DNA from: Pseudomonadota bacterium
GTDB taxonomy: Bacteria; Pseudomonadota; Alphaproteobacteria; Caulobacterales; Caulobacteraceae
NCBI GenBank assembly: GCA_040390885.1
Contig: JAZJXN010000036.1
Coordinates: 29,194 to 89,399 of the forward strand
DNA length: 60,206 nucleotides
Reading direction: 5' to 3'
The notes under the pieces are model-generated. The model saw nothing but the letters and a program-made list of their open reading frames with translations. It searched no databases and was not told where the DNA came from. Shown here piece after piece: positions 1-9,178 of the stretch. The translations under genes and the position numbers were made by a program. Position 1 is the stretch's first letter. The number at the start of each line of letters is the position of its first letter.

Positions 1-2022
1 GCCCGCCCCCGTGGTCGAGTCCGTCGTCGTCACGGTGAAGTTGAAGGGGCCCTGCACGGTCGGCGTCCCCGACAGCAGGCCGCTCGGCGACAGGGTGAGG
101 CCGGCCGGCAGCGCGCCGGCGGTGACCTGGTAGCTGTAGGGCGATGAACCGGCGCCCGCGGTGAAGGAGGCGCTGTACGCCTCTCCGAACGTGGCGTTGG
201 CGAGGATGCCCGGCTGAAGCGTCAGGTTCGGCGCCACGATCGCAAGGCTGTAGGCGCGCGATCCGGTGGCGGGGAAGCCGTTGGAGTCGGTCGCCGTGAC
301 GGTGAAGTTGAACGCTCCGCTCGCTGTCGGCGCGCCGGTCAGGGCGCCGCCGGCGCTGAGCGAGAGTCCGGCCGGCAGGGCGCCGGCCGTTACGGCGTAG
401 CTGTATGGAGCCTGGGCGCCGGACGCGGTGATGTTGGCGCTATAGGCCTGGCCGATCTGGCCGTCGAACAGCCCCACGGGCGACACGGCGACGGTGGGCG
501 CGGCGATGTTGATCGCATAGACGCCGCCGGCGGCGAAGGGCGCGTTGGTCCCGGTGCTGGAGTCGGTGGCCGTGATCGTGAAGTTGAAGACTCCACCGGT
601 AGTCGGCGTGCCGCTGATCGCGCCCGATGCTGACAGCGTCAGGCCGGTCGGCAGCGCGCCGGCGGTGACCTGATAGGCGTACGGGGCGGTCGCGCCACTG
701 GCGGTGACGGAGGTCGCGTAGGGCGTGCCGACGGTCCCGCCCGGCATCGGGGCGGCGGACAGGATCATCGGCGGCGGCGAGACGGTCAGGCTGTAGGCGC
801 GCGACCCCGTGTAGCTAAGGTTGTCGACGGCCGTGACACTGACATTGAAGGCGCCGGCCGCGGTTGGCGTTCCGCTGATGACGCCGACGGGAGACAGCAC
901 CAGGCCCGCCGGCAAGGCGCCCGCGGTGATGGTGAAGCTGTGCGGAGCGACCCCGCCCGCCGCCGTGAGCGTCTGGCTGTACGGCGTGCCGATCGCCGGG
1001 CTTCCGGCCAGGGTCGGCGGCGAGACGGTGATGGTCGGCGGCGCGACGGTCAGGCTGTAGGCGCGCGAACCCGTGTAGCTAGAGCTGTCGACGGCGGTGA
1101 CGCTGACGTTGAAGGCGCCGGACACAGTCGGCGTGCCGCTGATGACGCCGACGGGCGACAGCACCAGCCCGGCCGGCAGGGCGCCTGCAGTGACGGTATA
1201 GCTGTACGGCGCAGTCCCGCCGGAGGCCGTGACCGTCTGGCTGAAGGCTTCGCCGACCGTCGGGGTCCCGGCCAGGGCCGGCGGCGAGACGATGATGGTC
1301 GGCGGAGCGATGTTGAAGGTGAAGGAGAAGTTCTCGACCTGGTTGCCCGTCTGGCCATAGGAGCTGTCGGACAGGACGTAGTTTACCGAAAAGCCGCCTG
1401 CATCGGTCGGCGTGCCGGAGATCACGCGGGTCGCCGGATCGTAGGACAAGCCGGGCGGGAGCGGATCGTTGAGGGTGATCGTGTAGGGCGCGAGGCCGCC
1501 CGAGATCGCGATCGGCGCGGCGCCGGGGTTGTACAGGACGCCGACCTGACCGGAATTCGAAGGCGTGCTGACGGAAATGACCGGCCAGTTCACGCTGATG
1601 TGGACGGTCGCGGGGGCGGACGTGCCGTCGGCGTTGCTGGCGGTATAGTAGACCCAGTCGGTCCCCTTGAAGCCGACCGGGGGCACATAGGTGATCGCGC
1701 CGCCGTTGGTGATGCTGACCGTGCCGCCCATGTCCGACGTCCCGGAGACCATGGCGAAACTGGTCGGAGCGCCCGTGACGTGCGGCAGGACGCTGAACAC
1801 CAGCGGCGGGTTGGAGCCCGAGTTGTAGAGGGTGCCGCCGGGGCCGAAGTTGCTGGCGGTGGGAACCGCCGCCATCGACGGCGCGGCCATGCCCAGGCTC
1901 ACCGCCAGCAGCGCGACCATGAACAGCAGGGGAGCGGCCATGAGCCGCCAGCCGGACACGACGGATTGGCGAGGAAAGACCGCGACGGCGGACGCGCCGG
2001 CGACACGACGAACAAGTTTCAT
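1..2022 (-). CDS. Large secreted/surface protein with tandem putative Ig (He_PIG/cadherin-like) repeats; C-terminus runs off the left edge
   Basis: Not in the ORF track (no stop in window). Manual translation from ATG 2022: MKLVRRVAG...LLFMVALLAVSLGMAAPSMA (long signal peptide), then ~88-92 aa repeats of the type PYSYxVTAGALPAGLxLSxxGxISGTPTxxGxFNxTVTAxD. Confidence 0.88.
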   Translation of the reverse strand, partial: MKLVRRVAGASAVAVFPRQSVVSGWRLMAAPLLFMVALLAVSLGMAAPSMAAVPTASNFGPGGTLYNSGSNPPLVFSVLPHVTGAPTSFAMVSGTSDMGGTVSITNGGAITYVPPVGFKGTDWVYYTASNADGTSAPATVHISVNWPVISVSTPSNSGQVGVLYNPGAAPIAISGGLAPYTITLNDPLPPGLSYDPATRVISGTPTDAGGFSVNYVLSDSSYGQTGNQVENFSFTFNIAPPTIIVSPPALAGTPTVGEAFSQTVTASGGTAPYSYTVTAGALPAGLVLSPVGVISGTPTVSGAFNVSVTAVDSSSYTGSRAYSLTVAPPTITVSPPTLAGSPAIGTPYSQTLTAAGGVAPHSFTITAGALPAGLVLSPVGVISGTPTAAGAFNVSVTAVDNLSYTGSRAYSLTVSPPPMILSAAPMPGGTVGTPYATSVTASGATAPYAYQVTAGALPTGLTLSASGAISGTPTTGGVFNFTITATDSSTGTNAPFAAGGVYAINIAAPTVAVSPVGLFDGQIGQAYSANITASGAQAPYSYAVTAGALPAGLSLSAGGALTGAPTASGAFNFTVTATDSNGFPATGSRAYSLAIVAPNLTLQPGILANATFGEAYSASFTAGAGSSPYSYQVTAGALPAGLTLSPSGLLSGTPTVQGPFNFTVTTTDSTTGAG
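781..1308. repeat. Near-identical 264-bp tandem duplication of one Ig-repeat unit
   Basis: GACGGTCAGGCTGTAGGCGCGCGA...CCCGTGTAGCTA starts at both 781 and 1045 (264 bp = 88 codons). Confidence 0.8.
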
Positions 2023-2218
2023 GACTTCCCCCGAGACCGCGGGCGTCGGAGGCTCGCGGTATCGGCCGTTCTCACTCATCGACCGGCGTTAGTCATTGAC
2101 TGGGCGTTCGCGAATCCTTGACCCTGTGTCCGTAAACACTCGCCTGTGGACCTTGCGGCGTCAGTCTTTCCGGCGCTCACCGGCGGTCGCAGCGTAGCGT
2201 CTCGTAGGAGCGGCAGCC

Positions 2219-3244
2219 ATTTCGTCGACGACCGATCGCCTGCCCCGGGACCTCTGGGTTCTCGACGCCTCGACCCAGGCCGACGCCGTCGACCGGTACC
2301 TCGAGGCCTGCGCGCCCATCTTCGCCGTGGACCTGCGTGACGCCCCGGATGCGTTCTACAACCGCACCGAAGGCTACAATCTGGCCGGCGCCCTGTTCGG
2401 GCGTTGCGAGACCGTCGCCCAGCGCTTCAACCGCACCTGGACCCACGTCGCCGCCGATCCCACCGACACGGTGCAGGTCATTCTGCAGATCCGCGGCGGC
2501 TGGACCGGGCTGTATGACGGCCGCACCGTCGAAGGCGCGCCGGGTTCGATCCGCTTTGTCGACATGGCGCGGCCGTTCGACCTGACGACCGAGGCGTTCG
2601 AGACCCTCAACCTCGTGTTTCCGCGGGCGCTGTTGGGCGACCAGAGCCTCGTCCATGTGCACGGGCTGGTGCTCGCCGGGGACAGCGTCGACGGGCGCCT
2701 CATCGCCAGCCAACTGCAGGGCCTGTGGGAGGTCGTCGGCCGCATGTCTCCGGTTCAGGCGTCGACGGCCGTGGCCGCTGCGATCGCCCTCCTCTCCGGC
2801 ATCCTTCGCGCCCACGCGCCTGACGCGGCTGAACAGGCGCCCACCGGCGCCAAGCGCCTGCTGGCGTCGGCGCGCGCCTTCATAGACACGCGTCTGGCGG
2901 AAGCGGACCTGACGCCGGACGCCGTCAGCCTTCACCTCGGCGTCTCGCGCACCCTGCTCTATGAGGCCTTTCAACCGGTCGGCGGCGTCGCCGCCTTCAT
3001 CCAGGGCCGGCGGCTGGACAGGGCCTTCGACGCCCTCATCGCCCCCTCAGGGTCAGTCCCGACCCTGACAGAGGTCGCCTTCACCCACGGCTTCCGCTCG
3101 GACGCGCATTTCAGCCGCGCCTTCCGGGCACGCTTCGACATCCAGCCCGGACGCCTGCGTCAGCTCCATACCCAGGGCGCGACCGCCGGCCTGTCGGTGG
3201 TGAACCGCCCGCAGGAAGTCCTGGCCTGGCTGCGCGCCCTGTAG
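2219..3244 (+). CDS. AraC-family transcriptional regulator (N-terminal ligand-binding domain + C-terminal HTH)
   Basis: C-terminal LTPDAVSLHLGVSRTLLYEAF...LTEVAFTHGFRSDAHFSRAFRARF is the AraC HTH signature. Frame is open from 2198; AGGAG at 2206-2210 precedes ATT at 2219 (track start is GTG 2327). Confidence 0.9.
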   Translation: MSSTTDRLPRDLWVLDASTQADAVDRYLEACAPIFAVDLRDAPDAFYNRTEGYNLAGALFGRCETVAQRFNRTWTHVAADPTDTVQVILQIRGGWTGLYDGRTVEGAPGSIRFVDMARPFDLTTEAFETLNLVFPRALLGDQSLVHVHGLVLAGDSVDGRLIASQLQGLWEVVGRMSPVQASTAVAAAIALLSGILRAHAPDAAEQAPTGAKRLLASARAFIDTRLAEADLTPDAVSLHLGVSRTLLYEAFQPVGGVAAFIQGRRLDRAFDALIAPSGSVPTLTEVAFTHGFRSDAHFSRAFRARFDIQPGRLRQLHTQGATAGLSVVNRPQEVLAWLRAL

Positions 3245-3434
3245 GCGCCTCGGGGTGCTGAGGCCTAGGCGGCCCGGACCTCGGGGCCTTGTTCATCGGA
3301 CGTAAGGCCCATCACCGTCCGAACCGGCGCAGGGCGGAAGATCGGTGCGGCGATCGTGACGACTCCGGGGTTCGCCTGATTGCCTCGATCACATGGGAGC
3401 GAGACGCTTCGGGGACTTCGCTGAAAGACGCCCC

Positions 3435-3824
3435 ATGAAAGCTGCTGCTCTCGTTTTCGCCGGCCTCCTCGTCCTTGCGACCGCGCCGGCTCTGGCCCAG
3501 GCCGGAATCGATTTCGACAATGACGGTCGGATCAGTCTGTCGGAGTTCAGGTCTGCCCGCGCCGGTCTCATAACCGCCGCGGACGCCGACAAGGACGACA
3601 GGGTCAGCCCCGCCGAACTTGGCGTGGTCACGCCGCAGGATCCCGCCCTGCGCGCCGGCAATGCGGACCGTGTGTTCCGCCTGCTCGATACCGACAGGGA
3701 CGGCTACCTTTCGAGGGGCGAGATCAATGTCGCGGTCGACCGCCGCTTCCGCAGTCTCGACGCCGATGGCGACGGCTATCTGAGCAAGGCGGAACGCCAG
3801 AACTGGAAGGCGCCAGGGCAATAG
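3435..3824 (+). CDS. Secreted EF-hand protein
   Basis: Signal peptide MKAAALVFAGLLVLATAPALA; four EF-hand loops DFDNDGRISLSE, DADKDDRVSPAE, DTDRDGYLSRGE, DADGDGYLSKAE. Confidence 0.88.
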   Translation: MKAAALVFAGLLVLATAPALAQAGIDFDNDGRISLSEFRSARAGLITAADADKDDRVSPAELGVVTPQDPALRAGNADRVFRLLDTDRDGYLSRGEINVAVDRRFRSLDADGDGYLSKAERQNWKAPGQ

Positions 3825-3945
3825 GCGCGATCACCGTGGGGGCGCAGGCGCGACAGAGGCCTTCGGAGAGGGCTGCGGGCTTTCCGGCCGTGCCTCGGGT
3901 CAGCGCCGGATTGCAGCGGCGCCACGCGCCCGATTGTCTCGCGAC

Positions 3946-5400
3946 ATGACTGCCCTGCCCACCGTGGCCGCCGCCAGCTACGCCATTCTCGCGCCGGCGC
4001 CAGCGACCCTGACGCCGCCGCCCGAGCCCATCGCTGCACCGGTTGTCGCGGCCGAAACCGGGTCGACGATCGCAGGGCCGGCCGACCTTCTGTTTTCGCT
4101 GCTCGATCTCGACTTCGCCCTCGGGCCCTGGACATTCCGGGGCTACATAAACGTCGACAGCGCCGAGTATGACCAGGATCCCGCCGGGCCGCTGGACAGC
4201 GATTTTCGTCGCGGCGCGATCGGGGACGACTCCCCCGGCTCGGCGCGCGACATGGGCGGCGGCGCCTACCTGCGACGCGCGCGGCTTGGCGGCGAAGGCA
4301 CGCTTGGCGAGCACATCGCCTACCGCGCCATGTTCGAGCTCGGCGCCAACCGCGAACTGCGTGAGCCGAAGATCGCCGAGGTCTGGATCAGCTATCGTCG
4401 GTTCAAGCCCTACGTGATCCAGCTCGGCGCCTACCCGGCCCCCGCGAATATGTCCGACGCCGCCAACTCCGACAGCACCCTTTTCCTGGAGCGGACGACG
4501 GCGGGAAACCTCGCGCGCAACCTTGGCGCCGGCGACGGCCGTCTGTCGTTCACCGTGCGGCGCAGCGATCCGCGCTGGATGGCGGCGGTCAGCCTGACCG
4601 GCCCCCTGCTCGACGCCCAGGACGACTACTCGCCCCAGGCGGCGATCGTCGGTCGCTTTTCCCGCGCGCTGGACACCAGGTTCGCAGGCACCGTCCACCT
4701 GGGCATGTCTGGAACGTACGTGCTGGTTCCTCCGAAGGCGGAACGGGCGAAGGATGGCGGCGCCAGCTTCCCGGTCCGCCTCGCCGCCACGCCAGAGATC
4801 GGTGTCGACGACACGGTCCTGATCGACACGGGCGAGATTTCGGCCCGCCGCGCCAATGTCATCGGCGTCGAAGCGGCGACGCAACGCCGAAACCTATACG
4901 CCCAAGCCGAGGTCTTCCGCTTCGGGATCGATCGTCGCGAAGACGGTCCTGGCGGGGAGGATCCGCACTTCTGGGGCTTCTACGTCCAGGGCAGCTGGAT
5001 CCTGACCGGCGAGCAACGCCGCTTTGACCGCTCGCGCGCCACGTTCACATTCCCTGAGCCGGCCCGGCCGCTGGGCGAAGGCGGCTGGGGAGCCTGGGAA
5101 GTCGGCCTGCGCTACAGTCGCATGAACCTCAACTACGAGGTCGGCCGCGCCGGCGAGCTGATGCCGCCGGGAGCCGTGCGCGGCGGCGATCAGAGTATCC
5201 TGGCCGTTTCGCTCGCCTGGTATCCTCGCCGGCGCGTGCGGCTGATGCTCAACTACTCCCAAGTCTCGGTAGACCGGCTGAACCCGGCCTCGGCGATCGA
5301 ACCGGAACCCTTTGGCCCCGCGCCCGAGACGCCGCCGCCAGGCGCGCAGATCGGTCAGGACCTGAACATCCTGGCGCTGCGTCTGAGATACTCGTTCTGA
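3946..5400 (+). CDS. OprO/OprP-family (phosphate-selective-like) porin
   Basis: LRRARLGGEG, FLER, GFYVQGSWILTGE, GGWGAWEVGLRYS, RLMLNY motifs; terminal Phe (RYSF). Start uncertain. Confidence 0.82.
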   Translation: MTALPTVAAASYAILAPAPATLTPPPEPIAAPVVAAETGSTIAGPADLLFSLLDLDFALGPWTFRGYINVDSAEYDQDPAGPLDSDFRRGAIGDDSPGSARDMGGGAYLRRARLGGEGTLGEHIAYRAMFELGANRELREPKIAEVWISYRRFKPYVIQLGAYPAPANMSDAANSDSTLFLERTTAGNLARNLGAGDGRLSFTVRRSDPRWMAAVSLTGPLLDAQDDYSPQAAIVGRFSRALDTRFAGTVHLGMSGTYVLVPPKAERAKDGGASFPVRLAATPEIGVDDTVLIDTGEISARRANVIGVEAATQRRNLYAQAEVFRFGIDRREDGPGGEDPHFWGFYVQGSWILTGEQRRFDRSRATFTFPEPARPLGEGGWGAWEVGLRYSRMNLNYEVGRAGELMPPGAVRGGDQSILAVSLAWYPRRRVRLMLNYSQVSVDRLNPASAIEPEPFGPAPETPPPGAQIGQDLNILALRLRYSF

Positions 5401-5433
5401 ACGCCGTGACGCCCGGACGAGAGGCCTTCTGCC

Positions 5434-6549
5434 TCAGCGCCGGGCGTTCGCCGTCTCCCACGCCCTCACCTTGACGCGGGCGGCGTCGAACAGACGCTCA
5501 TAGTTCCCTTTGCGGATGGCGCGGCTGGCTTCCGGCGTGAGCTTGGCGAAGACGCTGTCCCACATGTGAAAGACCCGAAGCTGCGTCTGGGTCGTCGACG
5601 GCGCGACGTTGTCGGTGCCGAACAGGAAGCGGTCAGGATACCGGTTCAGAAGCGCCGCCGTCCGCGCCTCCACCTCCGGCGAAGCGGTGACGTACTTGGC
5701 CACCTCATCCCAGGAAATGTCGAAATAGACGTGGCTCAGGCCGGGATCGGCCAGCATCCCCTCAAGTATTTCGAGGTGATTGGGCGGCCGCTCGCCCGTG
5801 GCTCCAGCGTCGACGACGGTCGGATGCACGACGCGGCCCAGTCCTGTGTGGGCCCAGATGATCGTCGTCTTTGGATGCCGCCTCAGCAGCGCCTTCATCT
5901 GGTCCAGGTACATCGGCGGCGCGTTGGTCTTGGCGAACGGCACGTCGATGTCGTTGTGCAGCACCACGACCAACCCGGCCTCGCCGGCGAAATCGAGGAT
6001 TCTGTCGAGCGCCGGGTTGGTCAGGCTGGCGACCTCGCCCGGGATCTTCGACGACACGAACTCCTTGTGAATCGAGAACTCGCCGATGCCGCTGAAGACC
6101 CCGGGGAAGGTCTTCAGCACCCGCCGGATGTGATCGGCGGCATACATGTCCGACGGATTGAAGCCGGTGATCATCGGGTCGAGCCGGGCCTGCGCATTCG
6201 GCGGCAGCGACAGGAAGGCCTGGGCGATGAAGGCGTCGGTGAAGGAGTAGTAGTAGAGCGGCGCGTCGCTGTTCAGATAGTAGCTCGGCGCGTACTCGCC
6301 GGAGTTGCCGTACGACCACATCTGCTGCAGCGGAATGCCGAACAGCACCGAGCGCCCGACCGTGTCGCCCATCACGTCCTTGAGGTAGGTGCGGATGTCG
6401 ACCCCCTCCTGGACGTAGTTGGTCAGGTGGACGTGCGAATCCGAGAACAGATAGTCCGTCTCCGCCGCGCCGGCCGACGGCGCGGCGAGCGCGAAGGCCG
6501 CGCAGGCCGCGGCGGCCATCAGGGCGGCCGGTCTGCGCGCCTTTGACAT
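5434..6549 (-). CDS. Secreted amidohydrolase-family (TIM-barrel metallo) protein
   Basis: Signal peptide MSKARRPAALMAAAACAAFALAAPSAGA; DSHVH, GIGE, LHND, IWAHTG, RFLFGTD metal-site motifs. Confidence 0.82.
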   Translation of the reverse strand: MSKARRPAALMAAAACAAFALAAPSAGAAETDYLFSDSHVHLTNYVQEGVDIRTYLKDVMGDTVGRSVLFGIPLQQMWSYGNSGEYAPSYYLNSDAPLYYYSFTDAFIAQAFLSLPPNAQARLDPMITGFNPSDMYAADHIRRVLKTFPGVFSGIGEFSIHKEFVSSKIPGEVASLTNPALDRILDFAGEAGLVVVLHNDIDVPFAKTNAPPMYLDQMKALLRRHPKTTIIWAHTGLGRVVHPTVVDAGATGERPPNHLEILEGMLADPGLSHVYFDISWDEVAKYVTASPEVEARTAALLNRYPDRFLFGTDNVAPSTTQTQLRVFHMWDSVFAKLTPEASRAIRKGNYERLFDAARVKVRAWETANARR

Positions 6550-6581
6550 CTCGAACCTCTCCCCTTGGGCCCTGCCCGCCC

Positions 6582-7622
6582 CTAGACGGGACGGGAGGCG
6601 AACGGATTGCCGCCCAGGCTGTTGGAGATCTGGGTGATGGCGCGCTGGCCCCGCACGCTGTTGCCGGCGGCGTCCAGCGGCGGCGCGAAGGTGCCGATGC
6701 CGAACTTGCCGGGGGAGACCGCGATCAGGCCGCCGCCGACGCCGCTCTTGGCGGGAAGGCCCGTGTGGAACAGCCACTTGCCGCTGTCGTCATAGAGGCC
6801 CGCCGTGGCCATCACCGCCAGGATGCCGGGAATGAACTTCGGGTCGATCACCTGCTTGCGGGTCACCGGGTTCCGGCCGCCGTTCGAGAGGGTCGCCGCC
6901 ATGATCCCGAGGTCCTTGGCGTTGACCGCGATGGCGCAGGCCCGGGTGTACAGGTCCACGGCCACGGCCGGGTCGCCGGGGAAGCGCTCGTAGGCCGACA
7001 TCAGCTGGCTGATCGCCCGGTTGCGCTGGTTGGTGTCGGCTTCCGACTTGTAGACCACCTTGTCGACTGTCAGCTGGCGGCCGGCGAAGTCGCTGTGGAT
7101 GCCGATGACCTTGGCCCAGATCTCGTCAGGGCTCGAGCCCTTGACCATCCCCATGGTGGCGATGGCGCCCGGGTTCACCAGCGGGTTCATCTCCTTGCCG
7201 CGGAACTGCTCGACCGCGACGATGGAGTTGAACACCTGGCCAGTGGCGTCCACGCCGATGCTGTCCTCGATCAGCTGCTCGCCCGACTCCTTGAAGACCA
7301 GGGCCATGGTGAAGACCTTGGAGATCGACTGGATCGAGAACAGCGGCTCGATGTCGCCGGCGGTCGAGACCTGACCGCGGGGCGTCACCAGGGCGATGCC
7401 GAAGTACTTGGACGGCACCTCGGCAAGCGCCGGGATGTAGTCGGCGTTCTTGCCCTCGTTGAGACCCACGAACTGTGTGTGGGCGGCTTTCACCGCGGCG
7501 TCGACGGTGGCGTCGCCGGCGGGCTGGGCCCTGGCGGCGATGGGGGCGGCGGCGGCTCCAGCCAGGCCAAGCAGGGCCAGGCCCTTCGCCAGATCACGCC
7601 GGGAAGTCGAGACTTGGGACAT
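6582..7622 (-). CDS. glsA: Glutaminase A with predicted Tat signal peptide
   Basis: GKNADYIPALA, FSIQSISKVF (SxxK), NPLVNPGAI, GLYDDSG, LPAKSGVGGG, LDAAGNSVRG; N-terminal SRRDLAKGLALLGLAGAAAAPIAARA. Confidence 0.95.
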   Translation of the reverse strand: MSQVSTSRRDLAKGLALLGLAGAAAAPIAARAQPAGDATVDAAVKAAHTQFVGLNEGKNADYIPALAEVPSKYFGIALVTPRGQVSTAGDIEPLFSIQSISKVFTMALVFKESGEQLIEDSIGVDATGQVFNSIVAVEQFRGKEMNPLVNPGAIATMGMVKGSSPDEIWAKVIGIHSDFAGRQLTVDKVVYKSEADTNQRNRAISQLMSAYERFPGDPAVAVDLYTRACAIAVNAKDLGIMAATLSNGGRNPVTRKQVIDPKFIPGILAVMATAGLYDDSGKWLFHTGLPAKSGVGGGLIAVSPGKFGIGTFAPPLDAAGNSVRGQRAITQISNSLGGNPFASRPV

Positions 7623-7639
7623 GGTATGCTCCTGAATTC

Positions 7640-8848
7640 CTAGCGGAAGTCGTTGCTGGAGAAGCTGTACTTGAAGGAGACCTGGATACGGACGTCATCG
7701 CCGCTGGCGCCGCCGTTGTCCTCGCGAGAGCCCCACAGGAGCTCGGCGCCCATCATCAGGTTCTTGGCCGGGGTGTAGAGGACGTTGGCCGAGGCGTACT
7801 GGGCCAGGTAGAAGGCGTTTGCGTCCTGGAACGAGGTGTTGTTCACCTGCGTGCGGCTGTAGCCGATCGAGCTGCTCCACTGGTCGTTCCAGTAGTGATC
7901 GTAGTAGGCGACCATCCCGAACAGCGGCACCACGTCGCCGCGCAGGCCCACGCCCCCGCCGGTCACTTCCGGCGCCAGGTCGACGCCGCCGTCGTTCATG
8001 TAGCTGGCGATGCCCTCGCCGTAGACGGCGGCCAGATGGATGACGTCCTTCTCGCCGGCCTTGATGTTCGAAGTCAGGTTGAAGCCCCAGCCGGTCTTCT
8101 CGTCCGAGGGCTCGTTGTTGGGCGTGCCGCGGGTCTCGTAGGCGACGCGGCGCAGGATGCCGGCCAGCTGCACGTGCCCCCAGTCGCCGCCGTAGCGGTA
8201 CTGCGCGGTCAGGTCGGGAATCTGCTCGTCGCCCTGGATGTCCGCCGCGATGTCCGGCGCCACGAGGCGGAGGTTGCCCGGGTCGATGTCGTTGCTGGGC
8301 TGCTCGATCGCGACCGCGAATTTGTGCGGGCCGGTCTTGTAGGTGTAGCGGACCTGCGGATTGCGCAGGAACACCATCCCGTTCGGCCCCCAGTAGTCGA
8401 TGGTGTTGGGGAAGGTGTCGATGTCCATGAACAGGCTGTTGGTCTGGCCGGCGAGAACGGGTCCCCACTCACCGTAGGCGTGCCGCAGCCGGAAGGTCGT
8501 CTTGCCTGCGTCGTCGCCAACGCCGAACAGATCGAACTCGAACTTCACATAGAGTTCCCGGTCGCCGACCGGCTGCCGGGCCTGCACCCCGAGCCGGCTT
8601 TGCCGGGCGCTGATGATGCTCTGACCATCGTCGCCGTAGATGCCGTCCTCGGTCGGGATCTTGGAAGGACGCAGGGTCGCGTCCCATTCGGGGGCGACAC
8701 GGTTGAAGTCCTGGATGTAGTCGACCTGCGCGTAGCCGTAGATCTCGAAGTTGCGCTCTTCGGCGTGGCTGGCGGACGCCAACCCCAATGCGGCGGCGGT
8801 CGACAAAAGTCCGACTCGCAACGCAACACGACGTGCCTTGCTGTTCAT
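7640..8848 (-). CDS. DcaP-family trimeric outer-membrane porin
   Basis: Signal peptide; IYGYAQVDYI, SARQSRLG, FEFDLF, RLRHAYG, LAGQTNSLFMD, RNPQVRY, PDLTA motifs. Confidence 0.85.
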   Translation of the reverse strand: MNSKARRVALRVGLLSTAAALGLASASHAEERNFEIYGYAQVDYIQDFNRVAPEWDATLRPSKIPTEDGIYGDDGQSIISARQSRLGVQARQPVGDRELYVKFEFDLFGVGDDAGKTTFRLRHAYGEWGPVLAGQTNSLFMDIDTFPNTIDYWGPNGMVFLRNPQVRYTYKTGPHKFAVAIEQPSNDIDPGNLRLVAPDIAADIQGDEQIPDLTAQYRYGGDWGHVQLAGILRRVAYETRGTPNNEPSDEKTGWGFNLTSNIKAGEKDVIHLAAVYGEGIASYMNDGGVDLAPEVTGGGVGLRGDVVPLFGMVAYYDHYWNDQWSSSIGYSRTQVNNTSFQDANAFYLAQYASANVLYTPAKNLMMGAELLWGSREDNGGASGDDVRIQVSFKYSFSSNDFR

Positions 8849-8941
8849 TCCGGTGGCTCCCCAGCCATTGCGCCCTCGAAGGGCGAAACAGTAGGAACTC
8901 TAGGTTGAACCTTTATTCGAGAGTATCGGGTTGACCCCCTA

Positions 8942-8988
8942 AGGAAAACCCTGACCCCGACGCCAGTACCGGCGTCAGGGTTTTACCT
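8942..8988. promoter_or_regulatory. Inverted repeat upstream of dcaP-glsA operon; candidate regulator site or hairpin
   Basis: AAAACCCTGAC (8945-8955) / GTCAGGGTTTT (8974-8984), extendable to AGG/CCT, with an internal GACGCC/GGCGTC stem. Confidence 0.5.
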
Positions 8989-9178
8989 GCGAAAGCCTTC
9001 GAGCTAGCCTGAATCCCACGCCATATCCTGACGTCGTCAAGGCCCGGAATGGCGCCAGCTTCTCTCGAGGTCGGGGTTTGACCCCAGCGCCCGCCGCCTT
9101 CGCGCGAGGCCGTCGCCGACGCCAAGTCCCCATGGCCGTCCGCGGCGGTCAGGCCGCGAGCGTCGATCGCGAAGCAGC

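Noticed and set aside
940-2121. 393-aa + strand ORF and similar long R/G-rich ORFs (e.g. 3724-4884, 7475-8908, 11753-13051, 15889-17253, 18026-20086, 58371-59711)
   Set aside because: Antisense shadows of well-supported genes in high-GC DNA; no recognisable motifs.
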